From: the human T2T-CHM13v2.0 reference genome, Homo sapiens
Assembly: GCF_009914755.1 (NCBI RefSeq)
Contig: NC_060927.1
DNA: 64,000 nucleotides
Reading direction: 5' to 3' (one strand)
Shown: in pieces, positions 30,701 to 44,192 of the stretch
How positions within the stretch are numbered: the stretch's first letter is position 1
Layout of the letters: each line of letters opens with the position of its first letter
Translations under genes and position numbers: made by a program
Notes under the pieces: generated by a model
What the model saw: only the letters and a program-made list of their open reading frames with translations
What the model was told of the DNA's origin: nothing
Databases searched by the model: none

Positions 30701-33183
30701 CCCCCAAAAAAAATAAATCAAGGAAGGACTCCTTTCTAAGTCATTCTATGAAGCCAGCATTACCCTGATGCCAAAAACCTGGCAAAGATACAACAATAAA
30801 AAAACTACAGGCCAATATCCTTGACATATATGAAAAAACCCTCAACAAAATACTAGCAAACCTAATCTGGCAGAATATTCAAGGTTAATTTATCATGATC
30901 AAGTAGACTTTATCCCTGAGATGCAAGTTTGCTTCAACATATACAAATCAATAAATGTGATTCACCCTATAAATAGAATTAAATCCAAAAATCCTATGAT
31001 CATCTCAATGGAAGCAAAAGGGTTTTTGATAAACTCCAACATCTCTTATCTCTTTGACATCTTTTATCTCTTCATGATAAAAACTCTCAACAATCTAGGT
31101 ATTGAAGGAATATACCTCAAAATAACAAGAGTCATTTATGACAAATCTGCAGCCAACATCTACTCAATAGGCAAAAGATGGAAGCATTCCTATTAAGAAC
31201 AGGAACAAAATAAGGGATGTTTATTCTCACCACTCCTGTTCAACATAGTATTAGAAGTCTTAGCCAGAGCAATCAGACGAGAAAAAGAAAAAAAAAGGCA
31301 TTCAAATAAATACAGAAGAAAAACTATCTCTTTTTGCAGAAGATATGCTTGCATACCTAAAAATACTGGGGACTCAACTAAAAGCCTTTTAGAACCCATA
31401 ACAATTTCAGTAAAGTTTCAAGATTCAAATTTAATGTACAAAAATTTCTATACTCCAACAGGGTTGAAGCTGAGAGCCAAATCTAGAATGAAAACTTATT
31501 TACAATAGCCACAAACAATAAAATACTAAGGAATACATTTAGCAAAAAAGGTGAAAGATCTCTACAAGGAGAACTATAAAACACTGCTAAAAGAAATCAG
31601 AGATGACACAAATAAATGAGAAAACATTTTATACTCATGGAATGAAGACACAATATTATTAAAATTGCCAAAGTTCCTAAAGCAATTTATAGGTTCAGAA
31701 CTGTTTCAAAGGCATGACATTACCCAATTCCAAACTACATTATAAGGCTATGGTAACTCTAACAGTATGGTAGTAGTACTAAAACAGACACACAAACCAA
31801 TGGAACAGAATAGAGAACCCAGAAATAAAACTGCACACCTACCACCAACTGATTCTTGAAAAAAGTAAACAAAAAGTAACAACAGGGAAAGGACCACTTA
31901 TTCAATAAACAGTGCTGGAAGAACTGGCTAGCCATATGCAGAAGAATGAAACTGAATCCCCCCCACCCCATTTTTACCATAGACAAAAATTAACTCATGA
32001 TAGATTAGATATTTAAATATAAGACCTCAAACTACATAAATCCTAGAAGAAAACCTAGGAAATACCATTCTAGATAGCTTAGGCAAAGAATTTATTGCTA
32101 AGTCCTCAGAAGTAATTCCAACAGAAGTAAAAGTTGGCAAGTAAGACCTAATTAAACGAAAGAGGTTTTGCACAGAAAAAGAAATTGTTAACAGTGTAAA
32201 CTGACAACATATAGAATGGGAGAAAATATTCACAAACTATGTATCTGACAAATGTCTAATATCCAGAATCAATAAAGAACTTAAACACATCAGCAAGCAA
32301 AACCCAAACAAACAATAACAACAAAACATTTTAAAACGGGCAAAGGACATGAACAGGCACTTCTCAAAAAAGACATACAAGTGACTAACACACATATGAA
32401 AAAAAAAAGTTCGCCATAAGAGAAATGTCAATCAAAACCACAATGAGATATCATCTCATACCAGTCAGAATGGCTATTGCTAAAAAGTAAAAAAAAGTAA
32501 TAATAACAGATGTTGGAGAGGCTGTGGAAAAAAATGACATGCTTACACACTGTTCGTGGTGATGTAAATTAATTCAACCACTGTGGAAAACAGTTTGGAG
32601 ATTTCTCAAAAATCTTAAAGCAGAACTACTATTTTACATGACAATTTCATTACTGGGTATAAACCCAAAGGAAAATAAATCGTTCTGCCTAAAAGGCATG
32701 TTATGACATGTATATGTTCATTGCAGCACTACTCACAATAGCAAAGACATTGAATCAACCTAGGCACCCATGAAAGGTTGACTGGAAAAAGAAAATATGA
32801 CACATGTACACATGGAATACTACCTAGCCATAAACAAGAATGAAATCATGTCCTTCACACCAATATAGATGCAGTTGCAGGCTAGAATCCTAGGCAATTA
32901 ACACAGGAACAGAAAACCAAATACTGCATTTCTCACTTATACATGGGAACCAAACACTCAGTACACATGGACATAAAGATGGAAGCAATGGACAATGGGG
33001 ACTAGTGGAATAAGGAAAGAAAAATGGGGTGAGGCCTGAAAGGACTGCCTATTGGGTGTGCTCACTGGGTGTCAGTGTCATTTGTACATCAAACCTAAGC
33101 ATCACACAGTGTCCTAATGTGACAGGCCTTCACATATACCCCCTGAATCTAAAATAAAAGTTGAAATTATTTTTTTAAAAAAG
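27788..33183 (+). mobile_element. L1PA15/16-like LINE-1, partial 5' UTR, decayed ORF1 (~28149) and ORF2 (~29216), 3' UTR
   Basis: ORF2 remnants ([21 protein letters not shown]); 3' end 'ccccctgaatctaaaataaaagttgaaattat'; many stops and frameshifts; candidate TSD aaaatgtggta at 27777-27787 and 33184-33194. Confidence 0.9.
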
Positions 33184-33690
33184 AAAATGTGGTATGTATA
33201 CACACAAGGGACTACTATTCAGCCATGAAAAGGATGAAATGTCATTTGACACAACTTGGATGAACCTGCAGGATATTATGTTAAGTGAAATAAGCTAGGC
33301 ACAGAAAGACAAACACCTCATTATCTCACCCGTATTTGGAATAAAAAATCTTCATCTCATTGAAGTTGAGAGTAGAACAGTGGTTTCTAGAGCTGAGGAG
33401 AGTGGGGTAAGGGGAGATTAGAGGAGGTTGGTCAATAGGTACAATGTTACAGTGAGATAGAAGGAATAATTTCTGGTACTCTTGCATAGTATGGTGACAA
33501 TAACAATAATGCATAGTGTATTTCAAATAAGTAGAAGAGAGAATTCTGAATATTCTTACAATAAAAAGATAAATATCTATGGTGATGTGTGTGCTAATTA
33601 TCATGATTTAATGATTATGTGTATATACATATTGAAACATTACATGTATACCATATAAATATGTATAATTATTATGTGACAATAAAATAT
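33184..33690 (+). mobile_element. L1MA 3' end
   Basis: 'ttggatgaacctgcaggatattatgttaagtgaaataagctaggcacagaaagacaaa' followed by L1MA-type 3' UTR. Confidence 0.85.
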
Positions 33691-33897
33691 ATTTTCAGAT
33701 AGTATCATTTCATATATTCAGGGTTAAAATATATTACTAAAATTAATTTTATTTGTTTTCTCTTACTTTTTTAAGTAACTTTTTAAAATTACATGTGTGG
33801 CTCTATTTTGGGACTCACATTGTATTTCTGTTGGATGGTAGTTCTCTACAAAACAAAAACAAATAAAAATTGTCATGAACTTCATTACCCCTTGACA

Positions 33898-34088
33898 GGA
33901 TAGCAATGTCAGGTAGAAAGCATGGGATGAGGATAGTGCCGTCAGGTAGAAAGCATAGGATGAGGATAGCGCCGTCAGATAGAAAGCATGGGATGAGGAT
34001 AGCACCGTCAGGTAGAAAGCATGGGATGAGGATAGCGCCCTCAGATAGAAAGCATGGGATGAGGATAGCACCGTCAGGTAGAAAGCAT
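33898..34088. repeat. 33-bp minisatellite, ~5.8 copies
   Basis: Unit GGATAGCACCGTCAGGTAGAAAGCATGGGATGA starting at 33898, 33931, 33964, 33997, 34030, 34063. Confidence 0.97.
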
Positions 34089-34528
34089 TGCTTCCAAGAT
34101 GTCTTAGTGATGCAGAGAGCTAATGAGCACAGGGTCCTGGCAAAGCAACCCTGGCTTATCTAACCGTTTCCATTCTTCATATGGGGGTTAAATACTCAGG
34201 ACAGGAAACAACAGAATTTTACACATTTTATCTTAATTTCTAATGCTGTGTGAGTGTAGAATTCCTTGTATAAGTATGAGAAAACAGAATGTAATTATCA
34301 GATATATGAAAACATACAGCAATTCATAAGAAGACACCATGGGAAGAACCAAATCAAATGTCCAAATGTCTTTTTATTAAATAAAATCTCTTCATTCACA
34401 AACAAGAAGATCCAATAGAACATTGTATCTATATAGCTAGAAAATGCAGACAAAGAGAAAAAAATGGACCAGGACAGAATGTGTGAAGACAAAAATATTT
34501 AAAACTAATATATCAAATATAGTGAAAG

Positions 34529-34716
34529 CAGAGGTGAATTTTCCAAAGAAATAATAAAGCTTAAGCTTTGGGGGCACCTCCCTAGCCAAGGCTTCTTCTG
34601 AGACTCTGGAAGATGTCTTGCAAGTTTGTATTAATGTCTTAATATTTGTTTAAAAAAAAAAGAGAGTCCTCAGTTGTGTAAACATGAGGCTCTGCAATGC
34701 CTGTATCAGACCCTGG
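34529..34716. mobile_element. ORSL-like hAT-Tip100 fossil
   Basis: 'cagaggtgaattttcc...aataaagcttaagctttgggggcacctc' resembles recalled ORSL terminus; ends 'gaccctg'. Confidence 0.45.
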
Positions 34717-34864
34717 CACAGTGAAAGGCTAATTGTAATCTGCAATCATATATCTACCTCTACCCACAGATAGTCACTGAACACCTGATTTATATCAGGT
34801 AATCTGAGGAAGAGGTGGTGAGCCAATACACTGCTGACCTAGCCCCAATGGAACATGCTTTCTA

Positions 34865-34953
34865 TTAGGTTGGTGCAAAACTAATTGCGGGTTTTGCATT
34901 ACAAATAAATACAAGTAATAGCAAAATCCACAATTACTTTTGCACCAACATAA
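34865..34953. mobile_element. MADE1 (Hsmar1-derived MITE)
   Basis: Inverted termini ttaggttggtgcaaaactaattgcgg / ccacaattacttttgcaccaacataa; TA on left flank. Confidence 0.93.
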
Positions 34954-37027
34954 TGGATGGAAAAAACAGATTATAGACATGTTATTGTAAATAAATAAAT
35001 AAATAAATAGAGATCTACAGCAAACAAAACTAGTATAAAGAATTCACCCACCCAATATATCGGCTCATTCCATTTCTAATTGCCCAGTATTTAGAATATC
35101 CAATTGGGCTTCCAAGATATAATACACAAATAAGTTAATTGATTCAATTTCTCACAGTAGACTATGTGTTAATTTGAGAAATGAACACCATGAGTGATTC
35201 TCATAGTTTATGTATGTAAATACAAGTAAACATGAGTGCACAAATACACACAAGTATACACATATATGCACACATAAAGCTTCAATTTTATTATGGGGTT
35301 TTGGATATTTCATTTATCTTCTTTGAACTTAACCATGTTTTCAATAATTTGGGTACTAAATTGGTATTATACTTTAATCAAAAGAAATATTATTAAAACC
35401 CTAAATTTTCTTCATAAAAAGTATTTTTCCTCTCAAAATGTCCTACTAGAGGAGTAGTGTGAATTTGTAAACATTGCTTGGAGTTGTATAGGTATGCAGG
35501 CAGAATTTCATAGACCATATCACAGTTACAAGCTTGCCATGATTCCACAGCCATCTTCACATGCACTATCAATTTGCCTGGCCAGTTGGAAATAATAGAT
35601 ATGGAAGAGAAAGAAGGGTGGTGCTCCTCCTTTTCTGCTTCTCTAATTGACTGTGAAAAATGGATTCCTGCAACAATGTTGATCAAATTTACTCTATTTG
35701 ATATTATTTACCTGAAGAAGGGGACTTCTTTCAAAAACAAAGGGGAAAATCTAATGCAAAGGTAAATATATCAGCACATATATTAAATATTTTTATTTTA
35801 TTTACCAAATGGAATAAAAGGAAAAAAGAGGTAGGCTAATGGCACACCGAAGAATAATTGAAAACATGTTTAATCATTTGTTTGTCCACAAAGCAAAGGA
35901 CAAATGCAAATTTGATTACAAAGAGTGGTGGAAAAGGTAAACAACAGTTTGGAAATTATTTCTAGTTATTCTTCAGAATCAATGAATAAAGAAAAGAAGT
36001 ATGAAAGTAATAATGAATTAAAATGTGTGTTTCCTTGTTAAAGTGAAATGATTTTGGGGTGCTGAAAGTGAACCCCATATTTCTCCCCACTTTCAGATAA
36101 TTGCCTGATTTATGGCTACTGATACAATCATTGCCATATCCAGGTTTTAGAGTCAAATAGTTTATGACTCGGTACTGTGTGCTGCCAGGCTAATCTTTCC
36201 TGTTGGCAAATCTCCACATGGTTTGACTGAGGGTCACCAGGTAGCTTTCCATGCTCAAAATTTGCCTGCTTTGTAGGTGTCAAATAACCAGACATTCTAT
36301 TAGGGGGAATTCTTTCCTATGGAATAAAGTATTAAATGCTAATATGAGGAAGTAGAAAAATATAAAAGCACCATCCACATTTAATACATGATTAAAACAT
36401 ACTGAATACTTTCCAAGTGGTTGATAACCAAGAGCAAGAACTCACTTGGAATCGGGGTTACAGCAGATAAGTTTTGATAGGCAACATGTGGAGAGACCAA
36501 GAAGTGCCTCAATGTGATGGCAAAGTTGAGATGGAAGAAACATGTCAGGGATAGGATGGGGACCTAACTGTATAAATGAGGATAATGAAAAGGGAAAGAG
36601 GTTTTATATATGGAAAATAAACTATCTATAGCTAGCAGTAGTAACTGAGATTGCTTAGTCTAATAAAAGGTGACTGGAAGTAGGTGATTGGTAGAGGTTA
36701 AAAAATAAAAGGCAGTCTGGTAGAAAATGGAGTCAACTATTTGAGAGTCCTACAAGAAAAATTCAAAATGAATATGAACAGACTATATTGAGGCAAGTAA
36801 ATATCAGACTAAAACATTCAGTTAGCTTACCAGTGGCTTCTTTTTCTATCACATATATTTCCCCTTTTCCTCTAGACTTCTATATACACATAGCTGATCT
36901 CTCTGTGGGTAGAGGGAGACTTATTCTGACCCTCTTTAATTTCTCTCTGATTCAATGATGGCAATGAAAAATGAAACTTAATATCATCTTTAGAGGAGAA
37001 AATACCGAATGATATCAATTTTTATAT

Positions 37028-37753
37028 GTCTCTTGTTAGGTCCTAGAGAAGCAGATGCTGAGACTGAGTTTTTAATGCAAAACGTTGGTAAGGGATCAAC
37101 ATCAGTAAGCAGAAGGGACGAAAGCAGGTTGAGTAGAGGGAGGAGTGAAAGTGCATCAAAGGCCAAACAAATAATCAGAGAACTTGGTGAGGAGCTCTGG
37201 AGCAAGGATTGTCTAAAACACTGTCGCACTACAGGCTGAAATAGATGAGATCTTTTTACCAGGGGTCACCAGAATACGGTCAGCCTGCCACATGTTTTTT
37301 ATAGTCTGTGAGCTAAGACTATTTTTTTTTACATTTTTAAATAGTTAAAAAAGGCAAAAGGATATTTTCTGACATGAAAATTATATGAAATTCAAATTTA
37401 AACGTGCATAAATACAGTTTTATTGGTACATAGCCATGCTCATCCATTATGTATTATCCATGGCTGTTTATGAGCTACAACAGCAAAATCGAGTAGTTTG
37501 TGGCAGAGTCTCTACTGCTCATGTACCTTAAAACACTTGCTGTTTGCTTTTTAATGGGAAACGTTTGTAAATTCCTCCTTAGTTCTCCTGCTTTACTGGG
37601 TCACAGGTAAGGGTAACTCTGGGGAGAAAGCCCTCTGCTATTGCGTCAAACCCTGAAAAAGCTGACAACCAGAAGCTGTTTTCAGATCGCACTCCAGAGC
37701 CGGACAGCCAGCCCTTCTTTTAAAAGGTTATGCTGCCATAACCTGTCTACCAT
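37028..37753 (-). mobile_element. LTR16-like ERVL LTR interrupted by MER58B
   Basis: 'agaagcagatgctgagactgag', 'ggagctctggagcaaggat'. Confidence 0.55.
37260..37580. mobile_element. MER58B (hAT-Charlie)
   Basis: 'caggggtc...tgtgagctaaga...aaaattatatgaaattcaaattt...ttttattggtacatagccatgctcat'. Confidence 0.85.
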
Positions 37754-39009
37754 AATGCTAATTTCCACAGATCACATACTAAATGCCAGCTATTCCAACT
37801 AGCTTTTGACAAATACACTATTGTCAAATAAAATCTGTTTTGCAGTTATTCCAACGTATGACGTGATCAGAGATTTTAATGTAATAGAAAAACAAAATTT
37901 TTATTCAAGATGTCTTTCAGCAAAGAATTTCGACCCTATTGGCAATGGTTAGCATTTTAAAGACTTAAAAATCTGCTTTCCAATTATATTATTTTGAAAG
38001 AGATTTATTGAATAAGTGCAGAAGTTGTTATAAAAAATATGTGAACATGTTCATCTTCAACAAATGTTTAATTATTATACATAAGAGTGCTATAAGACTT
38101 GTCAAATATCAAGTATTGTACTGTTTTTATTGAAGAACTGGCCTTGCACATTTTCCAGAGTTCCAAAAAATGTCTAATTGCTTCAGAGTTTTCCCTCCCT
38201 GATTATTATTTCCTCTTGTTCCCTTAGTTACTTTCATGGGTTCTATTTCAAAGCTTTTTCCTATAATAGATTGTGCTTTTGTCATTATTCTCTCTGAGAA
38301 ATCAGATTTGGCTCTCCCATTTTTACCCCTAATTAAAATTTTTGGTCTAATTGCAGTATATTTCATTAGTTCTTACAGAACACATGAGCTTGAACGAGGG
38401 TTTTCACTATTGGTTTAATGTTGAATAATATGCAGGCATCTAATAAGCACTGTCCATATTAAGACTATTTTGTCAAAGTTCTCCTTAGCCCATTTGCACA
38501 TTGGCCAGGAAGACTGCATCAAATTCCAAGGAAGAGTTTGGATTTCAGGTCCCAAGATCTAAAGAGTTAATTCTAAAAGTTAATTTTCATTGGATTAAAA
38601 ACAATCAAGAATGGCAAGATAATTAGGTTATTTAAATGCAAGTCTGACAAAGAGGGAGGTAAGAAGTATTGAAAGGATTAAAAAATTATCTGATAACTAA
38701 AACAATAAAGTCGTATTATTAATTTGTCTTTTGAAATTAGCACTTTTAATTCAACAATATAATGTGGAAATTTGAGAAGAAATAGTTTGCAATTGTGTTT
38801 ACTTTACAATTGGCCAATGTTTCTCACTGTTCCTCATTCTCAATCTGTATTTTCTTCTTCTTTTCAGAGGTAATTTTTACATAAACTTCATGTACAATTA
38901 GGCATGGAGAGTAGCTTTATTACCTAAAGAACATGCTCCCTGATAGAAGAGAATCAGCCAAGTCAAATAACAGAAAGACTCTACAATGTTAATGAGATTA
39001 ACAATGACC

Positions 39010-39149
39010 CATTGGGAGATATACCTAATGCTAGATGACGAGTTAGTGGGTGCAGCGCACCAGCATGGCACATGTATACATATGTAACTAACCTGCACAA
39101 TGTGCACATGTACCCTAAAACTTAAAGTATAATAATAAAAGAAAAAAAA
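39010..39149 (+). mobile_element. L1PA2-type 3' tail, extremely 5'-truncated
   Basis: 'cattgggagatatacctaatgctagatgacGAGttagtgggtgcagcgcacc...acttAaagtataat' plus A tail; GAG and A diagnostics exclude L1HS-Ta and pre-Ta; candidate TSD aacaat. Confidence 0.92.
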
Positions 39150-39639
39150 AACAATTAAACTGTCTCAACCTAGAATTTAAATGACAGCAAAAACAACATA
39201 GTTCTGAATAGCCAAGCAAGTTATTCAATATCCTTATTTAAAAAAAAAAATAGAGAATCTAGTTAACTGGGGGAAGAGTATGTTTTTTAAAAAGTAAGAT
39301 TCTTTTGAATAAACCGATTGTAATTTAAAAAAAAAAATGACCCAGTTTTTGGATTACACATATTCTATTTGTTGATTCACCTGATACTATTTTTTTTTTT
39401 CATTTAATGACAATGTTAAGTGCCATGTGCATGTTTGAGAGAAGAGCTTTTCAAGAAAGAACAACTACTGCAAATTTCCTGAGGTAGGACTACGAGTATC
39501 CTAGGGAAAGCAAAGGGACATTGTGGATGGAACTCAGTAAGTGATGGAACTCACAGTAGGACATTGAATAGGACATGAGAATGATTCGTCAGAGAGTCAA
39601 TGGATTAATTCATGCACAGCTATAGGTGATTGTAAGGAT

Positions 39640-40722
39640 TGTTAAAGACTGCTAAGGGTTAAGGTTTGACTTAATTTACAAACTAATAAGTGAGCCTGCC
39701 TCAGTTTCAGAGGTGTTGAGAGAAGCAATGAGACTTCTGCATAAGAGAAAATGGACTTTATTACTCACAGAAAGGCAGGCAGTATGCACTTCATGTTCAT
39801 ACCTGTGTCTTACGCTTCCTAAGTCCCACAGAAGCAATATCAAGTGGCCCAGATGGACACTGCAAACACAGTAGCATAGTAGCTACAGATGAGAAATCCT
39901 GAACTTACAAAACTTCTTTCTTAGAGTTCTCCAGAGAAACAGAACCAATAGGATATATACACACATGTATGTATATATCCTATTGGTTCATATATACATA
40001 ATTTTACAGATATGGTTTTTACATATATATTATGATGTTATATATTTATGATTTTTACATATATTTATGATTATATGTGTATAATATAATCTGTTTATGT
40101 GTATATATATATATGTACAGAGAAGACAGAGAGGATTTATTATAATCATGTAGGATTTATTGTGAACACAGAGGCTAAGAAGGTTCATAATCTGCTGTCA
40201 ACAAGCTGGAGACCTAGGAAAGCTGGTGTCGTAGATCAGACTGAGTCCAAAGACCTGAAAGCCAGATGACAGACAGTCATAAGCTGAGAGCTGGAGAAGA
40301 CTGATGTCCCAGCTCATAAGTTAGGCAGATAGCAAATTCTTCCTTCCTCCCCCTTTTTGTTCTATTCGGGCCCTCAACAGATTCAATGATGCCCACCCAC
40401 ATTGAGGAGGGTAGTCTGCTTTACTCAGTCAACCTATTCAAATGCTAATCTCATCTCAGAAATAAGGTTTAGCCAATATCTGGGCACTCCATGGTCCAAC
40501 AAAATTGAAACATAAGGTTAACCATCAAAACTTCCAATCATATGAGGGGGCAGCTAGCAAACTGTGCCAACTTTTACCCTGAAAGGAAACAGTATCTTTT
40601 ATTGTCCTGTTTCAGAAACAAATATTTCCTCTGCCCTAGAGGAAGACACTATCTCTATCATCCAAGGATGCTTATTATGCAAACAAGAGATCCATGGACA
40701 ACTGTTTCACAAAAAGGATTTT
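39640..40722 (-). mobile_element. ERVL-class LTR (MER76/77-like) split by MLT2
   Basis: 'caaactaataagtgagcctgcc...ggactttattactcacag'; resumes at ~40530. Confidence 0.55.
39918..40528 (-). mobile_element. MLT2 solo LTR with internal TA-rich expansion
   Basis: 'ttagagttctccagagaaacagaaccaatagga' ... 'aaattgaaacataaggttaaccatca'. Confidence 0.88.
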
Positions 40723-41198
40723 AGCATTTACTGTGGGTAAAATGAATAGCCGTTGCAAGCATTTTCTTTAAAAAAAAGAGTGACATGGTGTGATTTTCAT
40801 TTTAGAAGATTTACTCTGGCTACTGTGTTAAGAATATACCCATGAGAATCAATGGTAAAAGCTGTGAGATCAATAAGGGCAAAAGATGATAGCACATTGA
40901 CCAGATGGTAAAAGCAGCAATAGTAAGAAGTACTTTGATTGAGTATATAGTTTGAAATTAAATCCCATAGGATTTATTGATGGATTGGTCATGGGGTATA
41001 AGAAAAATAATGGAGCAAAATTTGAAGTTCCTACTAAACCAGATTGGGAGGATTTTAGGTGAAGAGGATTTGCAAGGGAGTGAAATAATTTCAGTTTAAG
41101 TCACATAGAGTTTGAGATGTGTATTAGATATCCAAGTGAGATATTAGGTAGAGAGATGAATATGTTAATCTGGAATTTGGAAAAGAGATCTAGGTTGG

Positions 41199-41236
41199 AC
41201 ACACACGCACACACGCACACACGCGCACACACGCAC

Positions 41237-41270
<34 letters not shown>
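41199..41270. repeat. (CA)n with CACG interruptions
   Basis: Direct reading; alternating purine-pyrimidine tract. Confidence 0.95.
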
Positions 41271-41272
<2 letters not shown>

Positions 41273-41751
41273 TTCTGCTTATCTACCTCCTGTCTGCTCT
41301 GCTGCTCTCATTTTATTGCTTGATAATCAGTTCTCATGGCTCTTAATCTACCACTTCTCTAAGTGTGTTCTTTGTGCTTCCTCCTAGAGTAGCCCCTCTT
41401 CAGATTATTACCTTTACACTTAAAGGACAATTATTTATTTTTCTCATTGATCCTCACAAGTTTGAGCTCTCTCGAGTACAATTCATATTAATCAAGCTCA
41501 TCTGCTTCATTCCAGACTGGGCTGGTGGAAAGCTGGAAAATAGATCACTTTCCCAGGCCCAGATTTTAGGTAATGGGATATAATTATCTTAAACTCAACA
41601 TGTTGGCATTTAGCTTCATTTCACTCCTGTTGCTCCTCTGTTCCTGGGATTTTTGATTGGTATAAGTGAATTCTGTTCCTCTGGGATTTTTGATTGGTAT
41701 ATAAGTGTATTTCTGATTAAGTTCCTAGTAGCCATCTTGAACTCCTATTTT

Positions 41752-42823
<1,072 letters not shown>

Positions 42824-43943
42824 CTGTCCTTTCCTTTTTTTACCTTAGATTCTGATTTAATTTTTAGGGTTTTGTTAGTTTCCTCAGGAGCTACATTCTG
42901 ATGCTGAACCTGAGCCCAGTTGATGGGACAATGCTATCTATTTAAAAATTTCATAATTGTTTATCCTACCTAAAATGTTTTCAATTATTATTTAATATTA
43001 ATGTATGCAAACTACTCATGTCTCAGTTACCAACATAATTTGCTATTGGAATTCAATTCTCTAGATTTCCTGTTGACTTTTAGTACTAATTGTTTTCTAG
43101 TACTATTATCTGTCATCTAGAACATGCTGTCTACTTGTCTGAACTGCCTTACAAAACTTTGAGGTAGACCTGTACCTCTAGTACCATCCCATCCCTGTGG
43201 TGGAGAATAAAAAGGAAATTGAAATTTAGATTCTTCTCTTCTCAAATAGTTGTTTGGGGATAAAATGATAAAGAAGATACGTATTAGTTTTATCATCCCA
43301 GGGCTTAATTTTTTTTTTACAACAATGCAACTAGACAAATAAATCAATACATTTATTGAATATAATTGTTACCCATACTAAGAATTAGATTGAGACTGTG
43401 ATGAAAGCTTATGACAGAGATTTCTTACGTAGGGATATTGAGGCTGAGATGAGTGAGGGATAGTTTCTAGCAACTGTCAATATAACTTGAAACAAGGAGA
43501 AACAGAAGGTGGCAAAATAAAAAGTAGGGGAATGATTCCAGATTTCCAAGTTGAGTAAGTAACTTTATGAACACTATACAATACGGATGACTAAGACAAA
43601 TGGAAGAAGCCAATTATAGTGGAGAAGAAAAAAAACATAAAGAGTGCTGGAGAGAGTTACATGAGATAAGCTAAACCTAAGTGGTAAGTAGGGGACCCAA
43701 ATATACAGGGCTTTGGAGTCCAGGATAAAAATTTTGAACATTATTGGGAAGTCCTAAATAATTTTAAACATGTCATAATCAGGATTGCACTTGTAAAATT
43801 AATCTGGTTATATCAATAGAGATTAGATTAGGGATTTTTTAAAAATCTCCTCAAAAATAGTGGATTTTGCAGAGAATCAAAAGAAAAAATGTGAGTTGCA
43901 CTTCTATTATGGTACTGGCTTTTGGGAGAAAAGTAATGACTCA

Positions 43944-44192
<249 letters not shown>

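Larger units (their letters stand above)
39400..41198 (-). mobile_element. LINE-2 interrupted by nested LTRs
   Basis: Antisense L2 motifs on both sides ('ggtgattgtaagga' ... 'ttttagaagatttactctggct', 'gagtttgagatgtgtattagatatccaagtgag'). Confidence 0.7.

Noticed and set aside
33898-34088. CRISPR-like array (33-bp repeats)
   Set aside because: Units are head-to-tail with no unique spacers, there are no cas genes, and the context is primate DNA
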